Shown: positions 53,069 to 63,213 of the stretch, in pieces
Layout: every line of letters starts with the position of its first letter
How positions within the stretch are numbered: the stretch's first letter is position 1
Source of the DNA: a virus
Virus record (IMG/VR): IMGVR_UViG_3300008954_000005
Span: 64,001 to 128,000 of that record
Length of the DNA: 64,000 nucleotides
Strand: one strand, 5' to 3'
The notes under the pieces: generated by a model
Database searches by the model: none
What the model was told of the DNA's origin: nothing
What the model saw: only the letters and a program-made list of their open reading frames with translations
Program-made: the position numbers and the translations under genes

Positions 53069-56065
53069 TTACGCAATGTTGTCACCACCGCTGTTGGCAC
53101 CACCCGTACCATCGCAGAACATGACGATACGAATATCCTCAAGACCCTGCGGGTTGGTTTGGAAGGTGATGAGTTCACTACCGCCAGCATCCTCATGGAG
53201 AATGTGCTCTGACGTAAGGCCGGTGTACTCTGCCATTCCGTTGATAGCCGTCAGAAGCTCACCATCGGTGTAGCCCTCCGTGTCGACATCAAGGATCCAC
53301 ATCTTCACAACGTCGTCAAACTGATTTCCAGCCTCAGTCTCATAAGACGCAGCTTCTACGAAATCAATCTCGATACCACTAACGTGCGCAAAGAGATCAA
53401 CGACATCCGCAACGCCCGCGCTGACAGCACCGGTGAGATCTGAAACAGCAACATTTACGGGATCGCTGCCGTCACCGACAATCTTGGAAGGTGCTCCTCC
53501 AGAAAGACGCATATCAGTGTTTGCGAGTTCCGCAATCCGCAACACGTTGCCGTGTGCCGGGTAGAGGCCGCGTGCACTGACGATTTGAATGATCTCTTCA
53601 AGAGCGGCGCTCTCGTCGACCTCAAGCAAAGCATCAACCAAATCAGCGCCCTGGATAGCGGACGGGAAGGTGTAGAACGAGCGGTCTCCCGAAAAGAACA
53701 AAGCCTCATTGTCAGCGAACTGGTCGGAGTCGCAAGCACGAGTCATGATACGAACATCGTATCGAGAACCCTCTACCTCTTCACCGGCACCGTCAAGCGA
53801 AGACTCAATACCAGTACTGACGTTGGCCGCGTACTGGCCTACTTCGTGTACCGCTTGCACGGACAGGGTCAGTTGAGTCTTCAGACCCCGCTGCTCCCGA
53901 CCATCGACTTCCTTGTAGGTTGAGCCATCACTAGCAAACACCGAATTGATAAGGAAGAGCTTGTCTCCCGTACCGTGCGGTGCAACCAAGTCATCAGCCA
54001 CAGTACAGGACACCACTTCCGTGGTCCATCCGCCTGCACCATCGTCGACCTGCTTCGTGATCTCACAACCGACCTGGATAAGTTCAGCAACAGGGTCGTT
54101 ATCTACACCAGCCTCGTAAGCGGCTTCCGCCATGTTGACACCAACGTAGACGAAATCATGAGAAGCACCCAGTGCGGAATCAGTTCCCGCCTGAACCCAA
54201 CGGTCGGCCTCAGCAGTTCGAACACCAGCGTACTCTGCTGCAGCGCCACTCATAAGGGTGGTATCAGCAATATTAAGAGGAGCAGGCTTCTCACAAGTGA
54301 TGAACACCGAATCATACGATCCCGAAGACAGTGCGGTTGCGCCCTCATCAGGCTCGCCCCACAATTCTTCCGCAGCAGCGTCAGTGTCTTCGTGCTCATA
54401 CACATCAAGTACCAACGTAAAGACACCGGTGTGCTTCAGACGATCTAGGTCCGCGCCATTCAGATGGTTTGCATCGTTAGCGGCACGAAGGTCTACGTCA
54501 AAGGTCATGGAGTCATCATCAATGATGGCAACATTTTCCAGAGGTAGTGTGAACGTAGCTCCACCCGACTCCTTCTTGAGATAACCCCAAAGAGCGGTTC
54601 CCTCTCCAGCGCCGGGAAGGTTTGCCCCAGCAGCCAGTTCGAGTGCCCACGAAGCCATCTCGCCCCATTCTTGGGCTTGGTTATCAGCAGCGTCAAATGG
54701 ACCAGGGGCCACCGAAGCGATGTTGAGAGAAGTGACGTTAACGACAATATCCTGCGCCGACAGCGTTACCTGACCAACCGTTACCCCAATACCAGCACCG
54801 TTTTGGTCACCAAAGACCTTAACGTTCCAAGTTCCCTGAGGGGAATCGGCTGGGATGCTGTACTCACACGACAGGATCTTACCGGTCGCATCAATAGGGT
54901 CCACTGCTTTGTTACTGACGTTGAACGCCTTACTAGTGAACACATCGTGAGTGATGGTAACACCGTGACCCAATTGAGTCCCCAGACACGCACGGGAACC
55001 AGCGGCAGCACATGTGACCGTGAGGTCTCTAGTTCCACCTACGCCCGCAGTCAGATCAGCCGCCGCAAGGGCAACAGCACTACCAGTCGCGTCAACAATC
55101 GTTGCAGTAGCCGAAGCAATCGGCTCCAGAGCAATCTGAAACGCGAGTGCATCACCGGGATCACCCGCATTCTTCGAAACAGCCGTTCTTAACGCAGTAT
55201 TACCGTCCCAAGCGCGAAGACGGACAGAGTAGTCCTTCTTGCCCTCTGGAAGCAGTGAGTTGGCCATCGCGTCGGAAGCAGGGATGCTCAGCGCAGCAGA
55301 TGCCGCGAGGCGATCAGCCTGATCCCTACCAGCTACGGTCACACTAGAAACCTCAATGAGTGTATTTAGGTTACCAGTCGCGTGGTCCATAATATCGACC
55401 ATAAGCGGGATCTGAGCACCAGCGGCAAAGTCAAGGCTCCCGGCCGACAAGGCCCCGGATACCCAACCCTGGGCTTGGCCAGAAACCCCTGGCTGATGAA
55501 TACCCAAGCCAGCGGCAGAAAAGATGCCGTTGTTGAGGTGGTACATCCCGAAACCACTCAAAGAGAGAGTGGGGCTCCCACCGGGTTGGTATGGAAGAAC
55601 GCCATCACCACCGGGGGCACCATCCCGAGCGCCAGCTTCCGAAGGGAAAAAGGAACGAAGGTCATTGGGAATACAGATCGCTGCATGATCCTTGCTAAAC
55701 ACGCCTGATTGCGTGGTAATAACAAGCTTCTTCGTTCCGAGTTTGGTACTCGGATCGATCAAGCAGTGTACGTCTGCCGATTCTAAGCTGACTTCGTCGA
55801 TTGAGGCTACTGTAATGCCCCCAACCGCGTCGTCTAGCTGGTCTTTGATTTGGACTGAATAGTCCGCTAAATTAAAAGCCATGAGTTGTATCTCCTGTGT
55901 TATTGATTCAAGGCCGTTTACAAACAAGACAGCAGGAGAAAGACCTACTATCTCAACGAACCCTAATATTAGGGGGGTTTGGGCAACAAAAAACGGTCTC
56001 CCGTTCGTATAAAGTGCTCGGTCGTTACTCGAATAAAATTCTACGCTGTCTAGCTTTGGGGCCAT
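53069..56065 (-). CDS. large acidic beta-rich structural protein (Ig-like/adhesin-like)
   Basis: 998 aa, A/D/G/V-rich; followed by a hairpin; lies in the tail module. Confidence 0.7.
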   Translation of the reverse strand: MAPKLDSVEFYSSNDRALYTNGRPFFVAQTPLILGFVEIVGLSPAVLFVNGLESITQEIQLMAFNLADYSVQIKDQLDDAVGGITVASIDEVSLESADVHCLIDPSTKLGTKKLVITTQSGVFSKDHAAICIPNDLRSFFPSEAGARDGAPGGDGVLPYQPGGSPTLSLSGFGMYHLNNGIFSAAGLGIHQPGVSGQAQGWVSGALSAGSLDFAAGAQIPLMVDIMDHATGNLNTLIEVSSVTVAGRDQADRLAASAALSIPASDAMANSLLPEGKKDYSVRLRAWDGNTALRTAVSKNAGDPGDALAFQIALEPIASATATIVDATGSAVALAAADLTAGVGGTRDLTVTCAAAGSRACLGTQLGHGVTITHDVFTSKAFNVSNKAVDPIDATGKILSCEYSIPADSPQGTWNVKVFGDQNGAGIGVTVGQVTLSAQDIVVNVTSLNIASVAPGPFDAADNQAQEWGEMASWALELAAGANLPGAGEGTALWGYLKKESGGATFTLPLENVAIIDDDSMTFDVDLRAANDANHLNGADLDRLKHTGVFTLVLDVYEHEDTDAAAEELWGEPDEGATALSSGSYDSVFITCEKPAPLNIADTTLMSGAAAEYAGVRTAEADRWVQAGTDSALGASHDFVYVGVNMAEAAYEAGVDNDPVAELIQVGCEITKQVDDGAGGWTTEVVSCTVADDLVAPHGTGDKLFLINSVFASDGSTYKEVDGREQRGLKTQLTLSVQAVHEVGQYAANVSTGIESSLDGAGEEVEGSRYDVRIMTRACDSDQFADNEALFFSGDRSFYTFPSAIQGADLVDALLEVDESAALEEIIQIVSARGLYPAHGNVLRIAELANTDMRLSGGAPSKIVGDGSDPVNVAVSDLTGAVSAGVADVVDLFAHVSGIEIDFVEAASYETEAGNQFDDVVKMWILDVDTEGYTDGELLTAINGMAEYTGLTSEHILHEDAGGSELITFQTNPQGLEDIRIVMFCDGTGGANSGGDNIA

Positions 56066-56068
56066 ATA

Positions 56069-58561
56069 TTATTCCCAACCGTTCGTGATTGGATAACGCA
56101 CCCACGTATTAGGAGCTACGCACTCATACATATATGTGCCGTCATAACACCGTTGACCTTTTAACCCCGAACTATTCGGGAGAGGTACCGCATTTGCGAA
56201 AAAGGTTGGACTGACCCACTGCTCTACTGGTTCGATAGGAACGATATTACCGTCGCGATTAAAAACCGCTAAGTCGCCCTCTTCTACATTAGCTAAATGA
56301 CCCTCCTCAATTCGGAGGTCAGCTTGTGAAGACCCAAATAGATATGCAGTCCATACGGAGTAGGATATAACCGAGACCCAGCGCCCCGATTGCTCGGAAT
56401 CTCTGTCGTCTGGTCTTACTACTATAAAGCCATAGTCGGGTTCATTGGAATACTCCTCTGAAAAATCTTTTCGGTCTTTGTCGAAATAATAAGTTCCCCA
56501 GTTGTCGGGAACCGCCCTCGGAACAGGGAGAGTAGTCCCACTGTGTCCCTCAGAGACCACCAATGTTGTCGTATCAACGGTATCTACGCCCAAACCAAAC
56601 AGATCTAAACCAAAAGAGTCTGGGCCTTCGATGGTGTTCGGCGTGCCTGGGTACACACTGTTCTCTACACGATTTTCCGGCCCATATACCCCGTTGATAC
56701 CCAGAGAATCCTGGCCGGTGAACTTCCAGTGGCTAAGAAGATTTCCCGGCTCAAACGCTGTATCAGATTCAGAAAACAAAATGTTCGTTCCGTGCTCACT
56801 TGGGTCACCGTGCGCAGAAAGAATAACCTGATCAAGCTTCCCGTAGAAGGGGCTCTTATAGGTAATTGACCCATTATCCTCGGTAGGTATCGCGCCCAAA
56901 CAAATACGCTTAAACGTGGGTGCTGACGTGGTGATTCGCACGGACGTATCTGTAGAAGCGGAGTATCGGACATCCGCCACCTCTTTATTCAGGTACAAAG
57001 ACACCGCTTCAGGAATATCGTCCCTAGTAAAATCGAAGCTTAGAACACAGAAGTTCCACGCTAGATTCTCAATTTTATTCAGTGCGCTTAACGACCAAAC
57101 GGTTCCCCCTGTATCAACCAACTCAACATGGAGAGACAACCCACCAGCCGAAGTACCAGAAAGGTACACCCTGATCCCGTTTTCGTCGCTAGAGGTAGTC
57201 GCCTCATACCCAAAACTAAACAAACACGACTTTCCTGTGGGCTGATTACCCACAAGAGTAGAAGCATCCACATAAAAGGGGATAGCTATCGTCCCCTTGG
57301 TCCAATCCGTAAAGTTATCCCAATCAGATGAGGAACTATTAGAGACTAATACGCCGAACCCGCCATCAGACCCCAACGAAAACTCTGTTCCCTTAAAGCT
57401 GGCTGACAACGGGACGTAAGACTTGGTCTCCGCAAAACCATCAGCCGGTGTTTCTCCCAAAGTGCGTACAACAATTTGTGTCTCAAACGTCTCTTCCCTG
57501 TAAACCTTGGTCTCTTCTTGCGTTTCTAGAAATACCGATGAAGAGGTTAACCCCTCAAATCTGACCTTGTTCGTCTCTGTTGGTATAGGGAGTGTGTCGC
57601 CAATGGACCAATAATGTGCACACTGTGATAAATCCACCATGCCGATGGTAGGTGAGCCATTCGCCCAAAAAGACGTAGAGACCTCATCGGCGCTTACGTT
57701 TCTATTAAAATAGAAAAACTCATCAATGGAGCCAGGAAAAAACCCACCCTTGGTACCCTCCTCGTCTGTATGAGAGCCCAGATATAGATTATGCGTATTT
57801 ATTAAGTTCTCGCCGTTGAATTTAATCTGCTCAATATCTACCTGCGGAATTCCCAAAAGCTCATACACTGCCGATAACTCTGCGTCGTACGCTAAGTTAT
57901 TCGAATACACCTCATTACCATTAATAAATATGGTCAACGTCTTAGCTGCGTTGTCCATCTTTAGTACAACGTTGTACCATTTATCCGATAATAATTCATA
58001 TCCGGTCTGCCTGGAAAACTGGATGGCTGACGTTTGGTTGTTCGCGACAACCGAAAGACTCGCAGAAACGTAAAGGTTGAATACGTTCGTTGGGTTACCC
58101 GGCATGTCATAATTAGGGTTCAGGTCTACAGGGTTCCCAACATTTAGAGACAGCCCGCGAATACCGTATGGATTACTTGTGTTACCCGTTCCCGCCGATT
58201 CAAGGGTGGGTATATGCAACAGCGTAGAGTCAACCAACTCGTCTAACTTGAACCACACCGAAATTACGTTTCCAGCACCACCAACAAGGGAGACCTCATC
58301 CTTTGTCCAAGAGGCCGCTAAATCTTGGGAGCCCCCGTCTAAAGAGGCGTACCCAGAACTAGGCCCAGACCATACCGTGCTTTGTTCAGGAAGTGAGACG
58401 TAGTTCGTCGCCCCAACCATTGCTGAATACTCAACAGTGGAAACAATGACAAATTGCCCATCGGTTACGTCTGCGATTCCTTTTGTCGGGAGCTTTTTTA
58501 ACGCCTCAAGAGAGGCAACTCGTCGGTTCCCGACTGTCAGCGCTCTCTGTCTGAGTGTCAT
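56069..58561 (-). CDS. LamG/concanavalin-A-like tail protein (two lectin-like domains)
   Basis: ISVWFK...KWYNVVL...TIFINGNEV...LYLG...FFPGSIDEFFYFNR; second copy WNFCVLSFD...LYLN...FYGKLDQV; C-terminal fibre motif GLKGQRCYDGTYMYECVAPNTWVR. Confidence 0.82.
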   Translation of the reverse strand: MTLRQRALTVGNRRVASLEALKKLPTKGIADVTDGQFVIVSTVEYSAMVGATNYVSLPEQSTVWSGPSSGYASLDGGSQDLAASWTKDEVSLVGGAGNVISVWFKLDELVDSTLLHIPTLESAGTGNTSNPYGIRGLSLNVGNPVDLNPNYDMPGNPTNVFNLYVSASLSVVANNQTSAIQFSRQTGYELLSDKWYNVVLKMDNAAKTLTIFINGNEVYSNNLAYDAELSAVYELLGIPQVDIEQIKFNGENLINTHNLYLGSHTDEEGTKGGFFPGSIDEFFYFNRNVSADEVSTSFWANGSPTIGMVDLSQCAHYWSIGDTLPIPTETNKVRFEGLTSSSVFLETQEETKVYREETFETQIVVRTLGETPADGFAETKSYVPLSASFKGTEFSLGSDGGFGVLVSNSSSSDWDNFTDWTKGTIAIPFYVDASTLVGNQPTGKSCLFSFGYEATTSSDENGIRVYLSGTSAGGLSLHVELVDTGGTVWSLSALNKIENLAWNFCVLSFDFTRDDIPEAVSLYLNKEVADVRYSASTDTSVRITTSAPTFKRICLGAIPTEDNGSITYKSPFYGKLDQVILSAHGDPSEHGTNILFSESDTAFEPGNLLSHWKFTGQDSLGINGVYGPENRVENSVYPGTPNTIEGPDSFGLDLFGLGVDTVDTTTLVVSEGHSGTTLPVPRAVPDNWGTYYFDKDRKDFSEEYSNEPDYGFIVVRPDDRDSEQSGRWVSVISYSVWTAYLFGSSQADLRIEEGHLANVEEGDLAVFNRDGNIVPIEPVEQWVSPTFFANAVPLPNSSGLKGQRCYDGTYMYECVAPNTWVRYPITNGWE

Positions 58562-58600
58562 TCTTGGTGTCTCCCAATAAACAATAGAGTACAAATATTA

Positions 58601-61600
58601 TTAGATAATAAGCCATCGTTCCCCATCACAAACCAACGTCAAAGACGACCAAGGGTCAGGCAATAACGCTGCATCAGGAATATCACCGCTGGTCTGTACA
58701 GATCCAATATCATCAATGTACTCTCCGGTCCCATCATCTCCTACGGACGCTCTCACCACAACCATCGGATAGACCCCATCCTTATTGGAAAATCCTTGGG
58801 AATCCTTGATCACGATCTTTCGGCCGGTGTTCGTAACCGTATCAAAGCTGTCTGCTACTGGCGGAAGAACAAGCACAAGTCTCGCCCCCGAAGCTGGGAA
58901 ATTCCCCCACTCATCTGTGAAGGGATCAAAGTCTCCTCCACGTACAGCGTCGTCATTAATGACAGAAACTAGGTCTGCCTTAACAATGTTCTCTGACGCC
59001 CCAATATCACGAATGAAATCGACCCCAAGTAGATTCCCGTCATTGTCAAAACGGTCTACCTTCTGGTTGTTCGCGGAATCAAAGAAATGCATCGTAAGTG
59101 ACACCGAGGAGGAGCCACTAGTGATTACCCCGGTAAGCGTACCATTGGGGTCGGACAAGAATTTGATCTTAGGATCAGCAATTTTTGGGGCTTGAAGCGA
59201 CCCATCCGACGCTAAGTACGGAACCTCGTAATCAACTGCGTCGTCTGGATTATCCACCGTCGAGCCTGACGCGGTGAGCAGGTCGTCACCAAGCATCAAA
59301 GCCCCGTCAGGGTCTCGAAGCCAGACGACCGTATTCAGTAGGTCTGTCCAGTCTGCCGGATCTCCCCCGTTGGCAATAATAGCGGCCTTACCTGGATTAT
59401 CTGCAGTCTTCGTAAGTTGTAGGCCCGTTGGGTCTACGATCCCGGTGACTTTGAGGTCACCCTCCACCACCATTTGCGGCATAGTCGCAGCTAGACAGAG
59501 GTGAGCGGACTTGTCGAACGACATGGCCCCTACCATCAGGACACCGCGCTTATCCGGGTCTATAGATACCGTTCCTGGGGCTGGGCCAATTAGCTCGGGA
59601 GGTCCACCGCCTCCTGGGGCTAAGTCAACTGGCCACGGGATAGAAACCATCGCCCCAGCGGGGAGGTCCCACTCTTGGGCGTCGGGACCAGTCTGTACCA
59701 CCTCCGTGTCAGGATTCCCGTCAGGAGGGTCGCTAGTATCGACCATATGCCGGGGCCAATCAGGCTCACCAGGGATGATAGTGACATGACTGGGGTCTGC
59801 TGCTGTCCCTACACCAGCTACACCAGATTGGATGGTTACATTACCGCCGACAACCCCTGAGTTTACTCGTGCAATAGAGTCCGCACCTCTAATTAAGATG
59901 TCCCCTACGGGGCCATGCCCAGCAAGAGGATCATGGCCTAACCCGCCGTCATAGTCAGGAGCGCCTGATGCAGCATCCCAGCCCTCATTAGAGTGAAGCG
60001 TCTGGATGATGATTGAGCCCGAGCCGCCTGTATGATCACCAGCACCTCCTGTGATGAATACGCTTCCACCCCTCCCGTGGAACTGATGATTTCCCGCGTT
60101 CTTGTATAAGATATGCGACTCGTCAACAAACGCCCCCAGCGTGTGTTCACGGACAGTGCCGCCAGCCATTCCTCCGCCTGTTCCAACGCCTGCGCTACCA
60201 CCAGAAATGGTAACGTCACCACCACTAGGCCCTTGAACGGTCCAAGTCGGATCTCCAGGGTCGCCGTTGGGAGCTTGGTAAGTACTGCCGCCCGCAAGCG
60301 TGATGTCTCCACCACGAACAGCGATGTCTGTAATTCCCGCCTCTAAAGATGCCTTAGTCCCAGTCGTATCGAGGCCCGCTATACCGCCTGTGATGTCGAC
60401 GGAGCCGCCGAATCCGTGCCCATGCATAGAGCCAGTGAAGTCGTATGAATTTCCCCCACCAATGTAGACAGCGCCACCATCGTTACCGTCTCCACCATGC
60501 ATATCGGCGTTTCCGCCTCGGCCACGCCTCTCCCAATCGTTGGGGCTTGGGGTGGTTCCGGAGTGGTTCTGCCCACCAATTGCGTGGACGTACCCACCGG
60601 CGTGAGTAAAATCAGCAGCCGTTTTGCCCACAGCACCACCGACTAAATCAACAAACCCCCCGTTACTGCCATCAACTTCAGACTCGCCCCCAAAAACGTA
60701 CACATTTCCGGAATGCGCATGAGATGACGACCCCGGCTGAATTCGAATAGACCCCGCTGTGGTACCAGAAGCCGCAGGGGAAGAGCCTGTTGTAATTAAC
60801 AACGGAAAGCTTGTTGTAACAGGAACGCCCTCTATAGTTCGTGTAGTCGCGTCAACAACAGTTGAGAGTGAGGACATATCCGCAAATTCAACCGTAAACG
60901 GGCCAGACTCTGCGTCCACGAGAACCTTAGAATTTTCTAAGGTATCCCCATTAATATCTGCCCACTTAGCGATTGCATGAGCGTACGTGCTGTTAGCAAG
61001 AGGCCCTGGAATTGTCAGTCCTGCGCCCGTCGAGAGGCTTACAATCTTCTCGTCTACCCCATCGTGCCCATGCGCGTACTTGTAATACAACTCGTTGGCC
61101 ACCAAGGCGTCACCAAGGTGATCCTGCCCAGAACCAGAAGAAACAAAGAGGGCACCTTCATCAGCAGCTATTTCCGTCGTAGGTGCCGCCTCCATCATAT
61201 CCGCTGCGTCAGTGGTCAAGATGAGCGCAATCGGGTCAATGACCCCGTCTACCGTTAATTTCTCAGTAATATGGAGATCTCCGATAAACTTGGAATCCCC
61301 GGTTACTTGAAAAACCTCATCATCCGCATCCAGCGGGGCAGCGCCACCAACACCAACCTTCCCTGTGGTATTGGCCAGCAACACGTCTCCATCCAGGGAG
61401 CCTGGGCTTAGCTTCGCACCGCCGTCTATGAAGACAGTCCCGCCTGGATTCCCTGTTCCTGCGGCGATAGTTACATCGCCTCCCTTTGTCCCAGCACCAT
61501 CGGCGTCGGCAGAGTTTCCTGCTGTAACGGTTAAGTTGCCCGCGTCAGCGCGAGTAGCACCACCAGCCGTAAGATGTATATCTCCGCCAGGAATATCGTC

Positions 61601-63199
61601 TGACAAGCCTGCGTTGATGTTTATATCACCGGCTTGCATACAAGCTTGCGTACCTATGTTTACAGAACCAGAAGCCGTCGCGGGGCTTGTGGGGTCTACT
61701 GGCGCACCAGCGGATAGGTGAAGATCCCCACCAGCGCTTCCCCCAACACCACTAGTGATGTACACCTCCGCAGGGGAGCCTGTGGAGGACTCTCCGGGGA
61801 GGATGTGGATCCCACCAGCCTGTCTACCCTCCGATGGTTGAGTAGTGATTCGTAGGTCGGTGTCCGTGGCTTCGCCAGCGTCTCTGTGATCGACGGTGAC
61901 AAGCTCAACAGAACCAATATCGTCGTAGTCGTCAGTTGTTGTGGTGTTTGTTGTCGTTTGGTAGTGCAGAACCTGTACAGCACTATTTTGGATCAATTCC
62001 CCAGTGGTGCCATCCCACCGAACAAGGGCCTTATCCGTGCTCTCTAATGGGCCAGTAACCACCCCAGGCAACCATGAAGTGTGTCCATGGAAGTAAACGG
62101 CTCCAGGGGTCTCAACATCGTCCGAGGTCTGGCCCCGTAGTACGTGTCCGACATAACGGTCGTAATAGCCAAGGCCCATCGTACTGGGCTGCGTAGCCCC
62201 TAGAACAGCCGTAGGCTGAATAAACAGCCTAGTGTTATTACCTGTAATGGCGTCGATGGTAGGGATACCACTGGTGTCCATTGGGAGGGTTCCCTCTACC
62301 AACATGTACACCCGATCCCCAATCGAAGTCGTCGTCCCTAAACTAATGAAGATTGGGAGTTCCGCCAACGACGGGCTCTCTAAGTCAGCCGCGACAATGG
62401 GCCGAACCTGTACAGCATAGTTGTAGTAATAAACCTCTTCACCACCATCAACTAAGTCTGTCCCAACCAATGAGTCATGCCATTGCTTATATTCCTCCTC
62501 GTTAGTCACCGTAAGCAGGGTCCCAAAGGACACCGTACTCGTTGTGACCGCCCCGGAAGCAATCTTACGGAAACTCATCCCCTTTGAGAGCGTAGAAAAA
62601 TAACGCTCCGCGCTGCGAGACCAACCCTCGTCAGCGTCGTACTCAACCTCTTCGGTTGGGGCAACATACGAGGTTCCAATTGAACCGCTGCTCGTCTCTA
62701 GGTGCCCACCATCGATGTTCCCAATTACATGGGGGTCTTCGATTTCAAGAAGCGCAGTAAACGCCGTTACCTCTTCAGAGGCCACGTTGTACCCAGCGCC
62801 TGTATCGGTTTCCTGCTCAATCAGATGGCCGTGTACTCGAATAAGCCAACGACCGGGGGTGACGGCCTGAAACTGTTTAGGGTTCCACTCAACGCCATCG
62901 ATATCTGTCGGACCCGCGTCGGACAAAACTCTGGCAGGCCCATCTGGGCCGAAGAGCTTCCATGAGTCTGCGTCAAGGACGTATTTACCTAGAGCCGACT
63001 CCCCACCTACGTCCTCGTAAACCTCAATCGAGCCGATGTCGCCACCCGCATCTATTGTTGTAGAGGACCCTGTCCACTCCGCTTGGTTTCCTTCGTCGTC
63101 TTCGAAGGTGACGAGGCATTGGCTCGAAACGGTCGCGTTAACGTCGTAAAGTACGCGATCTTTCGAGCCCAGGGGGTGTTGGATATAAAGCTTAGCCAT
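58601..63199 (-). CDS. Gly-rich tail fibre-like protein with GGxIxIxxG repeats
   Basis: 1532 aa; many GGDVTIxAG-type repeats; STDKALVRWDGTTG motif; C-terminal SLTLVCDGERWLII. Confidence 0.78.
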   Translation of the reverse strand: MAKLYIQHPLGSKDRVLYDVNATVSSQCLVTFEDDEGNQAEWTGSSTTIDAGGDIGSIEVYEDVGGESALGKYVLDADSWKLFGPDGPARVLSDAGPTDIDGVEWNPKQFQAVTPGRWLIRVHGHLIEQETDTGAGYNVASEEVTAFTALLEIEDPHVIGNIDGGHLETSSGSIGTSYVAPTEEVEYDADEGWSRSAERYFSTLSKGMSFRKIASGAVTTSTVSFGTLLTVTNEEEYKQWHDSLVGTDLVDGGEEVYYYNYAVQVRPIVAADLESPSLAELPIFISLGTTTSIGDRVYMLVEGTLPMDTSGIPTIDAITGNNTRLFIQPTAVLGATQPSTMGLGYYDRYVGHVLRGQTSDDVETPGAVYFHGHTSWLPGVVTGPLESTDKALVRWDGTTGELIQNSAVQVLHYQTTTNTTTTDDYDDIGSVELVTVDHRDAGEATDTDLRITTQPSEGRQAGGIHILPGESSTGSPAEVYITSGVGGSAGGDLHLSAGAPVDPTSPATASGSVNIGTQACMQAGDININAGLSDDIPGGDIHLTAGGATRADAGNLTVTAGNSADADGAGTKGGDVTIAAGTGNPGGTVFIDGGAKLSPGSLDGDVLLANTTGKVGVGGAAPLDADDEVFQVTGDSKFIGDLHITEKLTVDGVIDPIALILTTDAADMMEAAPTTEIAADEGALFVSSGSGQDHLGDALVANELYYKYAHGHDGVDEKIVSLSTGAGLTIPGPLANSTYAHAIAKWADINGDTLENSKVLVDAESGPFTVEFADMSSLSTVVDATTRTIEGVPVTTSFPLLITTGSSPAASGTTAGSIRIQPGSSSHAHSGNVYVFGGESEVDGSNGGFVDLVGGAVGKTAADFTHAGGYVHAIGGQNHSGTTPSPNDWERRGRGGNADMHGGDGNDGGAVYIGGGNSYDFTGSMHGHGFGGSVDITGGIAGLDTTGTKASLEAGITDIAVRGGDITLAGGSTYQAPNGDPGDPTWTVQGPSGGDVTISGGSAGVGTGGGMAGGTVREHTLGAFVDESHILYKNAGNHQFHGRGGSVFITGGAGDHTGGSGSIIIQTLHSNEGWDAASGAPDYDGGLGHDPLAGHGPVGDILIRGADSIARVNSGVVGGNVTIQSGVAGVGTAADPSHVTIIPGEPDWPRHMVDTSDPPDGNPDTEVVQTGPDAQEWDLPAGAMVSIPWPVDLAPGGGGPPELIGPAPGTVSIDPDKRGVLMVGAMSFDKSAHLCLAATMPQMVVEGDLKVTGIVDPTGLQLTKTADNPGKAAIIANGGDPADWTDLLNTVVWLRDPDGALMLGDDLLTASGSTVDNPDDAVDYEVPYLASDGSLQAPKIADPKIKFLSDPNGTLTGVITSGSSSVSLTMHFFDSANNQKVDRFDNDGNLLGVDFIRDIGASENIVKADLVSVINDDAVRGGDFDPFTDEWGNFPASGARLVLVLPPVADSFDTVTNTGRKIVIKDSQGFSNKDGVYPMVVVRASVGDDGTGEYIDDIGSVQTSGDIPDAALLPDPWSSLTLVCDGERWLII

Positions 63200-63213
63200 A
63201 GTTAGAAACTCCT

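Noticed and set aside
43561-63199. Diversity-generating retroelement or invertible tail-fibre cassette
   Set aside because: No reverse transcriptase, invertase or near-identical nucleotide repeat pair was seen in the window.
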